A DNA stretch of 64,000 nucleotides, taken from the NCBI GenBank assembly GCA_039000985.1, contig JAWBMD010000002.1, positions 1 through 64,000 on the forward strand, written 5' to 3'. A model generated the notes under the pieces. The model searched no databases, was not told where the DNA came from, and was given only the letters and a program-made list of their open reading frames with translations. Both the position numbers and the translations under genes were made by a program. This document shows, one piece after another, positions 10,201 to 25,200 of the stretch; positions within the stretch are counted from its first letter, which is position 1; every line of letters starts with the position of its first letter. The stretch comes from Candidatus Aenigmatarchaeota archaeon (GTDB lineage Archaea; Aenigmatarchaeota; Aenigmatarchaeia; CG10238-14; SpSt-28).

Positions 10201-13200
10201 GAATTGCTTTTAGTTGAGTTCTTTAGTATAACATATCCATATGTTAGCAAACTATTTTCTACAGTAACATTTTGTGAATAAGATGTTATGTTAACTGTTC
10301 CATTAAAAGCTCTGGCAAAACCAATATTATTTAAACTAACATTCAAATCTATTGTTTGATTTTCTACTATTGTTACATTATCAGCAATTATTGTATCATT
10401 TGTATCTATTTCTAAGAGTGTTATTTCCCAGCCAGTAACATTGTATGATAAACAATTCTTTAATCCTCTTGTATCATTTGCACATATTTGCAATAAATGA
10501 TCACCAACTAAATCACTTGAGAAATTAGCAAAATAGAAATCTGTTATGTTATTCATTGGTATGATAATTATACTTTCATTTGGATATGTAATGTTAAGCC
10601 AAGCTTTATCTACAGCTAAATTATCTGTTATTGTTGCACTAACATTTATTATATCAAATCCAACTTCGAAATTAATTGGATTTATTTCTACATCTGATAT
10701 TGTTGGTGGAACATCCGAAACATTTATTATTAATGGAATTGCTCTTTGAGAGGGTTCTGCAAATGTTAAGTTTCTAATTATTATATCTACTGTATAAATT
10801 CCTTCTATTGTATTGCTTGGCACATTATACTCTACTGTTAATCTTCTTTTTGCAGTTTTCTCTAATGTAAATGAATTTGCATTTGGATTTTCTTCAGGAT
10901 AAACTTTTATAAATAACGATGCGTTACCACTTTTCAATATTTGGAATGCTAATGGAATATTACCTATGTTTGTTACATTTATTTTTGTTAAATTACCAGA
11001 TGTTCCAGGTGGAATTAAAACTATTCCCAAATTATTTGGATTCACAAGCCAACTACCATTAACTAATATAGTTAAATTCAATAAAGATTCATAATAACCA
11101 GCATTTGTAGTGTTTGCTCTTAATTTTGTCCAATATATTCCTGGTGATTGTCCGAATGGTACTGTTATTGATATTGAGGATGTTTGTGTTATGCCAGCTG
11201 GCATAGTTCCAAAATCATTTGGTACTATATACAAAATACATTCTGGACAATCTGTGAACAAATTACCACCAACTGTAATTAACCTAACATCTCTTATTTC
11301 ATCATTTCCAAATGAAATAACTTTTATAGTATCAATAAATGTTGTGTTATCATGGCTAATACTTTTCTCTATTACACTTTTATCAATTAAAACTAATGGA
11401 TTTGAAGCAACATCTATTTCCATACTTGCATTAGTAGAATTTATTGTATTCTCTGGATTTCTCCATATTGCAACAACAAATTTTCTTATTAGTTGAGGAG
11501 GTGTTGCATTTGGAACTGTTATTTTGAAATTCCATGAGCAACTTTCATTAACTTTTAAATTACCACAATTTCTAGCACTTTCATTATATATTAAACTATT
11601 TGCTGGTATTTCTGAGTGGGTTAAATTAACTGAATACATATTAGCAGGACCTAAATTGGTAAAGTTTGCCATTGCTTCAAAAGTAAATCCAGTTAGTTGA
11701 GTAATATTTATAGCTATTATGTTTGTTGGTTGTATTGATATTTCTCCAAATACTTTTCCAAATACAGATATGTTTGAAGCAAATGTGAAATTTATGTTAT
11801 ATTCAGGTGCTTTATCTCTTGCATAAATGTAAATAGAATAATTCCCATCAATTGGAGGAATAAATGAAGCTGAGTAATTAATATAAGTATAATCACCAAT
11901 TTTTATTGGTATTGAAATATTTGACATGAAAACTATTTGATAAGTTCCATTTGGTAATGTAATGTTTAGCCATGCTGAATCTATTCCATAATTATCTATT
12001 AATGTTGCATTAACTGTTGTTGAGTTTAGATTAGCTTCTAAGTTACTTATTGGATAAACATTAATATTTTCTATTAATGGTGGATAAATATCTTTAACCC
12101 AGAATGTAGAAGTGTCTTCTCTTATGCTTGCTGAATAGAATTTTTCTATATCATCTGTTATATTACAAAGGAATGTATAATTACCTTTCTCAAATGGTTT
12201 AAATGTATAACTTGCATAACCAGTTGAATTAGTTAATAATGTTATGTTGTAAATAAATGTTGGTGAAGGTTCTAGTTTGTAATAAAAGCTTACATTGTTA
12301 TAATTAGCTATTCCAGCATTAGATATTTTATCTTTTACAAAACATGTTGGAGTAAATATTTCTGAATATGGAATTATTGCATTGTTTTGTGGGTATATCC
12401 AAACCACATCTGAAAGGCTTGTTATTATTATTGTTACATTATCTCTTCCATCATCAAAGTATTGTCTTTTAGCTAGAGCCATTAATGAATGATAGCCTGT
12501 CTTTTGTTGTGCAACGATTGGTTGTGGTATGCTTGTTGGATTACCAATTGTTAAAATGGCTGTTTCATTCCACCATTCAACAATTGGATTAATAATAGTT
12601 TCATTCTCTCCATTTTCAGATGTAATATTTGCTCTTACAGGAATTGATTGATCTTTTGAAAATACAGAATTATTTAATGGTTCTACAATTTTTGCTATTA
12701 AAATACCTTTTACTATTATTGTTGTTGTGTTTGTTTCTGATGGTTCATTTCCAGCTTTTGTTGCATTTATATAAAATATTTCTTCATATGGAAATACATT
12801 GTCTGCTGGATTAAAATTAATTAAGCTACAATAGCCAGAGGAATTTGTTAAGCAATAATCTATTAAGCTAGTTGAGTTATAAAATGTTACATTTGCATTT
12901 TCTGCAGGTCCAATATTACTATCAAAAACTCTAACTGTTATATTTGCTGAAAATGGAGAAAAGCTATCATTTCTATATATTTCCGTTGAGCTTCTTATTA
13001 TTTCTTTAATTATCAAAGGCCTTCTTATTGTTATTATTATGCTATCTATGTTTTTTGATGGAGCATATAACAAAGTATTGTTTGTTGTAATATTACAACT
13101 AATGTTATAATAGCCAGCTAGTTCTCCAGTAGTAAACCAAGTAAATGATGCTATTCCTTCTTCATTTGTAAATGAATTTCCTAGTAGTGAGTTGTTCTTC

Positions 13201-16200
13201 AAAAATGATACTAAATAACCTTCAATATTTTCGCTTGTGTTACTATCCCTAACTTTACAGCTTAACATTGTTGGAGTACCTGCAGGTATTTCTGTTCCAT
13301 TTAATGGAGAAACAAATGTTATGTTTGATAATCCATAAATTATAACATTTGAACTATTAAAGTTTGGATCATAATTTGTTAATGTCGCATTTGCATATAT
13401 AGTTTCACTTCCTTTTTTATATGAAGCTGGAATATCCCATGTTGTGTTTTGTCCAGTTGCTAAAAGATGCCAAGATGAGTTATACCATTTAACTGTAGCT
13501 GTTGGTAATTTAACTAAACACTCATCATTTACAGAAGCATTTAATGTTGTCAGCAAACCTCTTAATAAAATATCTCCATTTAAAGGTTTAATCATTGTTA
13601 CATTAAGCTGACCTATAACGTTAAATGTTTTGTTTGTTGAGTTAACTTCTTTATAGCAAATATCTGTAGATTTAGCAAACCAATATTGTGTTCCAACATT
13701 AGAGCTGCATTGAGGATCATAAAATATTGTACAATTTCCTAAGCTTGTTAAGCATGTTGAATTAAATGAATAATTTTCTCCATCTTCAGTTATGTAAATA
13801 GTTATGTTTGTATTATTTGTATAAACTCCTAAGTCAGAATCATAATGAATTGCTCTTAGATATATTGTATTACTACCTATTCTTCTAACTACTGTACCAC
13901 TATCAGCTCCAAGAGTTATAGTATTGTCATCTTTTTCAAAAGTAATGTTTAAAGTATTTGTTGTGTCGTTAAAGCCAGAAGCATCTACACTAGTTATTTT
14001 GAAATATACTAATGGACCGTTTAGCATGTCATCACATTTAAATCTAACATTAAATTCTACAGGATAATTGCTGAATGATGGAACAACGATTTTACTATCA
14101 ACTATTTGCCATGTATTGTTATCATAGCTCTTCCAAAGTGTTACATTGTTTTGTTCAACATCATTATCTGTTAATTTAACGCTAAACTTATAAAGTTCAC
14201 CCCAACCACCAAATGTATGATCAATAGTAAAATCTGTTAATACAGGTTTATCTCTTATTGCAAATGCTCCCATTTCTCTTGTTGAATTATAATTTGGATA
14301 ATTCGAGTAGAATTGCTTTCTTCCTTCAAACCTTATATCATAAATACCATATGGTTTTCCAGAACTATCGAATGTACAATTATATGTTCCATTATTCATA
14401 TCATTTGCTGGTATTGGTGGACATGAGAAAGATAGAGCACCAAAGAAAGCTGTAAACTTTGTTTCTGCTCCACTTACGTAATTACCACAATCATCGAAAG
14501 CAGAACCATAAAATGGAATTAATGTTCCTCTTAGGAAAGCTTTTTGATTTCTTGGATAATCAACTTTCAATGCCAAAAATGTTTTTATTGTTAATGAGAA
14601 GTTTGAAGTAGTAGCTTGCTTATAGAAATCATCTGAAATAACAGTTGCTTTCCATTTTTGGTTTCCAACATCATATAAACAATTTGGATCGAACTCAAAA
14701 TTAGAATAACCAGTTGAATTAGATAAAACTATTGTTCCGCTATCGAAATTATTTCCATTTGTTGTAACGAAGAATGTAACATTAACCCCATTTGCATATT
14801 CATCTCTATCTAAATCTTTAACTCTAACAACAAGATTTCCTATATGGGTACCATTTCTCCATATTGAAATGCCGTTCCCTTCTACAAGTTCTAAAGCTAT
14901 ATCATCTTTTTCTATTGTAAAGTTCTTTGGTGATGTTTCTGTTGTTAATAATCTTGTATCTTGAGCAACAAATTTGAATTCCCATATTCCTTGGTTAGTT
15001 TGGAATAAACCTGGATTGAACACTGTTAATTCAGCAGTTTGATTTATTGGTGAAAATAGCGTTGTTGAATTCAAAAAGTTCCATGTTGTTGTTCCAAATT
15101 TTCTTGCATATAGAACTACAGAAACATTATCTAAATCTTCATCAGTAACATTTACTTTAAATAACCATGTTTCTCCCCAACCACCAACATCACTATTTTG
15201 CTCACTAGTTACATTTTCACCTATTAAAATTGGTTTTGTCTTTACAAAAACTAAATTTGTTCCTGTAATGCTACCATTATTATAGAATTGTTTCGAAGAT
15301 TCTACAGTTATGTTATAATTCCTTGCTTTTAATAATGATGTATTTATAGTGCATTTATAATCACCATTTCCAATATTTTCTACTGGCAAGCAATCATATA
15401 TTGCTCCAGATTCATGAACAAGCTTTATTGAAACATTTGCATCTGTTATTGCAACAAATATATCATCAATAACATGAGCAATTATTGTTATATTATCAAT
15501 TGGTTTTAAATATTCGGTATAGCTATCTGGTAATGTTATTGAATTTGATAAGCTTCCTATTATTGTTAAATTAAATTCACTTGAGTTGGTATCAAAATAG
15601 CAAGCATCATTATATGTTCCACCTTTCCATTTTTGATAACCTACTGAATAATCTGGTGTTGGGTCAAAGAACAAATTCAAATAGCCTGTTGAGTTAGTAG
15701 TATTTGTGTTTCCAGAATCATAGTTTGTACCATCTGTTGTTATATAAATTATTCCATTTACTCCGGAACCAACATAAACATTTCTAATAGAATCTTTTAT
15801 TCTTAATGATAACAAAACTTTTTCAGAACCACTTCTATTAACTAAGCTATTATTCCCACTAGTATATTCTATTGTTACATAATCTTTTGTTATAATTGGA
15901 CCTGTAAAGTTTGTAGTATTGAATGTATTTTCAGGTGTGCTATCTTCTATTTGCCATTTGAACCATGTTGTTGGGGATATATCACTACAGTTAAATGTTG
16001 TAGCAACAAAGCACTTACCTCTACCTCCTTGCAAGAAATAGCTTCCTATTAATTTCCAATTATTAGTTGTGTATGCAAATAATTTACATGTTACGTTATC
16101 CATTTGCAAATCAAAAATATCTATACTATAGTTAAAAACATCTCCCCATCCTGATTGGGTTGGGGTAACACTAGCATTTTCAGCTGTTGGTGGTGTATTA

Positions 16201-19200
16201 ATTAATGTTGTCCAGTTTATAAATAGTGTTGAGTTTCCATTATAATTGGCTTTTGTAGCATTTATTCTAAAGCTATAGTTTCCACCAACATGGAAGCTTG
16301 TATTCCAAGTAGAGTTATAAAATCCATTTTGTTGATCTGTAACTGGAGATATTAATTCATAAGTTAAGGCAGGAGATCTAGCTTCATGTGTAACTACGCT
16401 ATCTTTCAAGAATCCTTCATTAATACAATCAGAAAATACTGATGTATTAATATTTATTATACCACCAACTGCAAAAATACTTCCATAACTTGGATTTTCT
16501 ATATTAACTTTCAATTGTCCAGTTACATTAACAGTAAATCCAAATTCTGGTTGATAATCTTTATAGCAAGCATCATTTAGTATACCAGCTTTCCAGTTTT
16601 GCACACCGACTCCAATACTACAATTTGGATCAAAATAAAATGTTAAAACGCTTTCTTCATCTGTTTTATTGATTAAGTAAAGCATGTATGTAGATACATT
16701 ACCACCACTACCTAAGGATTCTTGTGTTACAAAAAGACTACCATTATGATCTCTTCCTATTGCTATACCACCTCTATCTGAATCTAAAATTCTTACTTTC
16801 ATTAATACATAATTACTACCCTCTCTATCTACTCTTTCTCCAGAACCTGTTATATATTCAACAACTGTATCATCTTTAAATATGTTAAATGTTTTATTTT
16901 CTTGACTGCTATAACCCCAAACATCAGTTGCAACAAACTTGAATCCTTTATTTAATCCAATATCTTCACAAATAAATCTATCATAAAATGTTACTAGTGT
17001 AGGAACATTTGCAGTTATTATTGTAGAGTTTCTAAGTATCCAGCTTCCATTTAGATTTAGATATAGTGAAACATTTACATTATCACCATCTAAATCTAAA
17101 ATCCATGCTTCAAATCTCCATAATTCTCCCCAACCTCCATCACTTTCTGGTATTGCCGCTATTCCAGGATAACCAGTTGGTGTTATTTCTGGTATTGTAG
17201 CTAAATAAAATGAGTTAACTTGAAAGTCTGAGCTACCGTTATAATATTGTTTACTAACTTCAACACTTACATTATGCCAACCAGTTTCCCATGTTGATGT
17301 TTCTGAGGAAAGAATTGTACAACTATAAGTTCCATTATTATAATCAATAACTCTACTTCCAGAACATTCACAAACTCCATTAGCACAATTTGGATCAAAT
17401 ATTTTGAATGTTAATGTAGCTCCACTAACATATCCACAATCATCTTTTACATCAGCTATAAATGTTATATTATCTATACCTCTTCTTGGAGCGTTCCATG
17501 GGTAATTATTTATAGGAGCTGTTAAGTTTACTGTTAAGTTTTCTGTTATTATTGTAAAGTAAGCTATTGATGAATTCTTTAGTTCCCATGCATAAGTTAA
17601 GCTGTTGTTTGCTGTACCTGCAATCCATTTTTGAGGACCTACAGAATAACTACAATCCAATGTAATGTTGGTATAAATTATTCCACCAGATAATGTAAAT
17701 AAGAATCCACTATCTATATAATTGTTACCATCCTTTGTGTAAAATATTTTTCCTGTTCTTCCAGATGGTAATGGAACATTTCTATCAGCATCGATTATTT
17801 GTGCACTGTAATTTATTTTTGAATATTTCTCGGCACTTCTATTCAAAACTATGTTAATTGGTTCAATTAAGTTTATAGTTACATTATCTTTGTTCAATTT
17901 TCTAAATATGAATCCAGTATCATCTATGTCTTCAGGTAAACCACCTGGTGGATTATCTGTTGTGTTAAACTTGAACCAAAAGCTTTCATTTCTATTGAAA
18001 TCATCTTCTGTGAAAATGTTTGATAAATTAAATTCTACAATTATGTTTTCGCCTGAAACACTAGTATTTAAAGCAACTTGTGTTGGATCTGTAGGTCTAC
18101 CTCTATCTAACCATAATCTAACCCAATTGAAATCTAAATCTTCATCTGTAAAGACAACTCTAAACAACCAGCTCTCTCCCCAACCACCATCTTGAGATGG
18201 AATAGCTTCAGCATTACTTAAAACTGGTTTAGTTTCGATCCAGAAAGCATTTTGTTTTATTGTAGTATTTGTATTGTAATAAGTTTTGTTAGATGTCATT
18301 GAAACATTATACCACATTGCTGGCATTACTATTGGATAGGAAGTGTTAAATGTGCAATTATATATATTACTTTCACTTAAAGTTGGATAACAAGAAAATT
18401 CTTGTAATGTTTTGTATGATTTCATTGTAAAGTTTACTGTTGCTTCTGAAATTGGGATAGAACATTCATCATATAAAGTAGCATTTATAGTAATATTGCT
18501 TCCTCTCAAAAATTCTTGACCATTTGGTTCATGAACAAAACCAATTAAATTTCCTATTATATATGTTGTAAAGTTACTTGTTGTGTTAATATCTATATAG
18601 CAATTATCAGTAACTCCAGCTAACCAATATTGTATTCCTGTTGAATAAGTGCAATCTGGATTGAAATAATAGGTCGCATTTCCCAAACCATCTGTTTGAT
18701 TTATTATATCAAGTCTATAATTTATTGAATTGTTTGTTACCCAGAAGCTTACGTTAACATTTTTAGCATAGCTCAAGTTTTCCAAATCAAAGACATTTAC
18801 TTCAAATTTTATAACTTGATTTATTCCAGAGCTTCTATTAACATAGCTATTATTTCCATCTATATAACTTATTAAAACTTGAGATTCGGTTATATTTGGT
18901 CCTTGTACTGCTGATGTATTGTAAGTATTGCTTGGCTCTCCATTTTGAATTTGCCACTTAAAGTAATTATCCGTTCCTATATCGCTACAATCAAAGTCAT
19001 GAACTTCAACAAAGCACTTTCCTTTAGTTGGAATTCCCGGAGTTCCAGCAACAACATAACTTCCTTTATATTCCCAGCTAGCTTGATTATCTTTGCTTAT
19101 AAATAAACTACAATTAATTGTATCACCTTCTTGATCATATATATCAATAGTATAATTATATAATCTTGTCCATCCTCCTTGACTTGGTGAAACACTTGCA

Positions 19201-22200
19201 TTTTCAGCAATAGTATAAACATTCTCTAACCAGAACCAGTTTTCATACATGGTTTCATTTAAGTTATAATCTGGAAGCTTACTAGCAGTTAAGTTTATTG
19301 ACCAATATCCTTCTTTTTTACCAGTTGAATTCCAAGTACAATTATACCATCCATCGTATTCGTTATTGAATGGGGAACAAACTTCCCATTCTCCAGTTGG
19401 TGATTTTAATTCAATTTGAGCTAATGGATGAGTTGCATTTGCTATTAATCCTTCATTAGAGCAATCTGAAGTAGTATTAAATCTTATTAAAATTTGTTGA
19501 GTAACATTAAAGACTTGCTGATAATAAGGTTGTAAAAGATTAACCTTTATTTGTCCAGAGATGTTATATTGCGGAGGATCATAAGGTCCTCCTATTCTTT
19601 GAGTATAATTCTCACTATAATAGCAATAATCTCCTAAAATTCCACCATCCCACTTTTGAATTCCTACAGAATAAGAGCAGTCTGGGTCTAAAGTTATGTT
19701 TATATAACCAGAGGAATTTGTTTTAACATCATATCTAACATTAAATGTTGAGCCATCTTTTGTGAAGAAGAAAGAAGCATTTCTTCCAGAACTTAAGTAT
19801 TCATCTCTATCCACATCCTTTATTCTAAGAACAAAAGTCCCTTGTGTTGTTCCGATTTCTCTGTCAATTTTGATTGGACTTGAAATATATTCGACTTCTA
19901 TGCTATTTGGATTAATTGTTATTTCACTAGAGCTTTCATTTTTGTATCCCCAATAATCAGAAACATTTATTTTATAATTCCAAGTTCCTATTTTTTCACA
20001 ATCAAAAGTTTGTAAGAAGGTTATTAGTTTTGGTGATTGACAAGCTGGTGCATAACATATTGTTGAGTTAATTAGCTGATAACCAGAACCAAAATCTATC
20101 CATAAGCTTATATTCATTCTTTCAAATGAATATGCACCTTGGTCTAAATCTTGTACAATTGCACTAAAGTTCCAGATTTCTCCCCATCCAAAGTTATTGT
20201 CACTACCTAAGCATTCAGAAGCTCTACACTTACTTGTTGGAGGTAAAAGTGTTATAGTTGGGTTAGTTACTATAACAAAGGAATCTACTTTCTCAAAAAT
20301 TTTAGATGGTTCATAGTACTGTTTCGAAGCATTAATGGTTAAATTATGATAAGTCATTTGCCAATCATCAGAAGGTAATCTTGAGCAAGAGTAAGTTCCA
20401 TTATTGTAATCAGTTACCTCATTCGGCAAACAAGTTGAAGAAGGATTAATTTCTTCTGGATATGCTCTAAATTCAACATTTGCTCCTTTTACTCCACCAC
20501 AATCATCACTAACATTTCCAATATAAGTTATTAAATCTATATTTCTTCTAAAGCTTTGATTATCAGGCGCAATAACGTTAACTTGTAAAGGATATGTTAC
20601 TAAGGTTATGTGAAAATCATCACCATAAGTTAAAGTAGAGTTTGTTGCTTTATATATTGTGCTAGTTGAACCAAATTCAGCTCTCCATCTTTGTGGTCCA
20701 ATACCATAATTGCATCTTGTTTCTGCTTTTGGGAATGTATGGTTTACAAAACCTCCAGGTCCAACTTGAGGTACTATTTCTTCTACAACAAAACTATTAG
20801 GATTATTTGGATCTGTTGTAACATAGAATTTTATTGTGCCGGGAGTTCCAACTCCTAACAAAACATTTCTATCAGTATCATAAATTTTTATGCTGAAAGT
20901 AACATTTTCTTGATAAGGAGCTAAGCTTCTGTTTAGAGTTGCTGAGTCTCCTTCTATTAGTGTTATATTGACATCATCTTTTTGAACAGTAAAGGTAAGC
21001 AAGCTTGTATTTGCATTTCTTTCACCATCTGTTGTGTTAAAGAAGAATTCGAAACTTGCACCTACACATGCTGAGCTAAATGCTGGTGAAGGATAGTTAA
21101 ATACTATATTGCCTTGTTGAACGTTTTGACTTCCTTTCAAATAAAAGTCTGGCCATGCAGAAGCTTCTGGGCATTGAGGAGGAGCAGGAGTTATATTTCT
21201 AATCCATAAGCTGACATTGTTTACATCCAAATCAGCATCACTTAAAGTAACACCAAATTGCCAAGATTCGCCCCAACCACCATCCTGAGTGTAAGAAACG
21301 CTTGGATTTGAAAGACTTGGTCTGGTTACAATAAAGAATGCACATGGTGTTGGTCTGCACAAATTAGAAACTTCTATCCAATCCGGATTAAACCAACTTA
21401 CATTGGAAGAACTCATGTTAAGTTTGTAACTTCTAGTTGGTTTGCTTACGTTGTTTATAAACAAGCATCTATAATATCCATTATTCTCATTTATCAAAGG
21501 TTCATCACAATAATATTTTGTAGCAGTTCCTACATGAGTTGCTTCAAAAGCTACAGTTGCATTACTTATTAAACCATCTTTAGCTGAGCAATCAGTTGTT
21601 ACATATCCTCTCCAAGTTATATTTTCTTCCTCTCTTACAAATCTATTTTTAGTCGAGTTTGGAGAAGTAATATAGTTTACTAGCTGACCAACAATTCCAA
21701 TTGTAAATCTTTCGCTTTCATTATAATAATAACATTCTCCAGCAGCACCTACAGTGGAGTTATAAAATGCAAACCATTGTTGATATCCAACATCAAATTC
21801 ACAGCTTGGATCAAAATTAAATGTAACATTTCCCGCAAGCGAAGAATATGTTTGATTTGAGCCAACAAATATATAATTAACTCCATCTTTGGTAACATTA
21901 AAGCTCAATCTTACATTTGCTGAGCCACTTTTCCCGACTGGTTGATTTGCCGATATATCATAAACATAAACTTTCAACGGTAAAAATCCAGAAGCCCTTG
22001 TTATGTTTGTGTTATTCCCATAGACATGAGTTATTGTTATATTATCTTTTATTATTTCTGGTCCTTGTATTGTTACTATTGTGGTTTGTCCCACATCATC
22101 TGTTAAATTAAATCTAAACCAATTATCATTTCCTATATCGAAGAAAGTTGAATTACAGCCATAAGGTCTTGTAAATATAAATCTACAAGTTTGCCATTCA

Positions 22201-25200
22201 CTACTTCCTTGAATTACTTGTGAACCAACATAACGCCAAGTAGTACCATCATCTGTTGAAACAAATAAACTACAATTAACGTTATCTAAATCTGTATCTT
22301 TAACTTCTATGCTAAAGTTATAAGTTTCTCCCCAACCTCCTTTACTTGGACTTACTTGTGGGTTTTGATAAGTTGGAGGTAGGTTTGTTAGCTCAAACCA
22401 ATCATAGTAATAAGTTGTGTTTGGTATGAAGTATTGTTTGGCACTACTCAAAATAATGTCATAATATCCAGGTGGACGATAAGTTGTATTATAAGTACAA
22501 TTATAAGTTCCATTATACCAATCTTGCCATGGATAACAATTATCAATAGTGCTATCATCAGGTCTTCTAATTTTTATGGGATAATTTATTCCTTCTGTTG
22601 AGTTTGGTACGCTTGGAGTCTCTTCATCAATATAACCAGAGCAATCACTTTTTACATCAAGGACAATTGGGATTAAAGTTCCTGTTCCGTTAATCCAACC
22701 ATAGGGAGGATATTCCAAGTTGCTGTAAAGCTGACCATAAACATAAACAGTTGCATTATCTGTCGAAGTGAAAGAGTAACAAGAATCGGTTAGCTCAACC
22801 TTCCACCATTGCTTGCCTGTATAATAACTGCAGTTGGGGTCAAAATTATAAGTAAACTTGCCATCACTTCCAGTTGTTAATGGTATGTAAGAATCGAAAG
22901 TTGTCCTATTCTTGGTTATCCAAATTCTTCCATTGATTCCGCTTTCACCGACTGTAATTCCTCCCTTAGACCAGTCGGTTATACTTGTTTTTAATAAAAC
23001 AGTCTCTATTCCAGGCCTATTCACATTGGAACCATCCCCTTCTTCGATAACTAGTGATGAGGTATCGACTGTAATTGAAAAGTCCTGTTTAGAACTTTCT
23101 GACTTAAACCTATTGTCTATGGAATACAAATTATCCGTAGCATTGAATTTAAAGTACCTTGTCCCTATGTTTGAACAACTGAAGCTCGTATTGAATTTCA
23201 ATGCATTTACATTGATTCCTGTACATGGTGGGCTACAAGTTTGCCAACCGTAAAATTCCCATTGTCCGGTCAAATTGATCCAGAAGCTTACATTTACTAA
23301 GCTTCCTTGTTCTCCAGTATAGTCATCATCTTCAACATCAACTTGGAAGAACCACAAATCTCCCCAACCATTTGTGAAATTGCCAGTAGATATATAAGCG
23401 GTGCCAGTAGTCAGTACTGGTCTGGATGCGATGTAGAGTGCATTTTGCTCAAATTGTTGCTCTGAGGAATTATAATAATCTTTTGTAGCGTTGAAGCTCA
23501 CGTTCCAGTAACCATAAACAAATTCTGGATCTGTGTTGAGAGTTGTGTTTGAAATCAGGCAACTATAAGTTCCATTGTTGTAATCTGTTATACTTCCCGA
23601 GAGCGAACAATCTTTAATCGTGCTTCCCCTGTAAAGATAGAACTTTGGCGTGGACTGATTCACACCTCCACAATCGTCAGTAACATTTCCAACAAGCATC
23701 AAAGAATCTGCGGGAGTAGGAGACTTTATGTATAGCTTTCCATTCTTTGGAGAGATATAATTGAAGCTCAGCGGAACGGTTGTTATATTTATTCTGAATT
23801 CACTGCTATTAGTTGGCTTATAGTGAACATTGCTACTAGTTATTCCAGCCTTCCATCTTTGTGGCCCAATCTGGAAACTGCAAGTGGGATCGAATTGAGC
23901 GGCTGAAGTATTTATATAAGAATTAATTACAGATGTTGTCCCAGGAATGGCAACATAATTTGATGCTAAATCGGTCGTCACCCAAATGCTTGCCCCAGTG
24001 CTCGTGAAAGTTGGATAAATTCCAGTATCAGTATCATAAACCCTTACTGTTAAAGTTTGGATTTGAGTGCCACTCCTATTTACGCTGGTATTGTCTCCGA
24101 CTATATGCTCAAGAATTACATCATCTTTTTGATAAACAAAAGTTCCATTGGCAGTTTCATATACGTTTTGTGGAAAGTCGATTGTCGTATTTCCATATAT
24201 ATCTTGCTTTTCGCTCACGTTAAACTTGAAGGCATGAGGACCTACTGGAGAAGTGCCTCCTAGAGCAGCAGGATTTGGCAATCTCAACGTGAAGGTTATG
24301 GTGACATTGATCCCTTTGGCAGTGCTGTTGGTTGTATTTCCTTCTCCTATTACTGGTTGTGCCCACTCTCCATTATCAGTTCTATTTATCCACAATTTCA
24401 CTATCATAGTGTCCTCATCTTCATCAGTAGCATTCACTTTGAAAATCCAAAGTTCTCCCCAACCACCATCTCCTACATGTCCTGTGGAATTATAAGAGAC
24501 ATAGCTGAAGTCTGTGTAAAGTACTGGCTTGGTTTCAACCCAAAAACCTCTTTGCCAAATCTGGAAAATATCCGTCGTTGAGGAGGGATTGAAGAATGGT
24601 TTGCTTGCGTTGAAAGTAATGTTCCATCCCTTTGCCGAATACCCACTCGTATTTAGCGTGCAGTTATAGTATCCATTTCCTAAGCTCTGTATAGGTGAAC
24701 AATAATTTGTTATTGAACTTTGAGTCAATGTGAAATTAACTGAAGCATCAGATATTCCACCCTCTTGAGCTTCACAGTCACTCACTACTCTAGCAGTCAA
24801 ATTGACATTCTCTCCATCTGGATAATCTCCCCTTAAATATTTTCCTCCTCTTGGTGAAAGGATGTTTAGAACTAAATCACCAATGATGTTGGTGCTGTAG
24901 TTTTGGCTTGGTGTTGAGTTGGTGTATGTTGTCGCATAGCAATAATCATCAATCACTGCAGCTATCCAGTATTGTTTTCCAGTTTGATAATGTGGACCCG
25001 AACAATCGGGGTCGAAATCGAAATTGATATAACCTGAGCCATTTGTCTGGACAAAATATCGATAGTAATTTGTAAAATCATAAGTTATCCAAATACTCCC
25101 ATTGGTATTTTCTAAGGGTGGAGAATTTCTCGTCGTGTCGTTTATTTTCAAGATGAATCTAGTAACGTTTCCCACAGGATTTTGGTCAGATCTATTAACA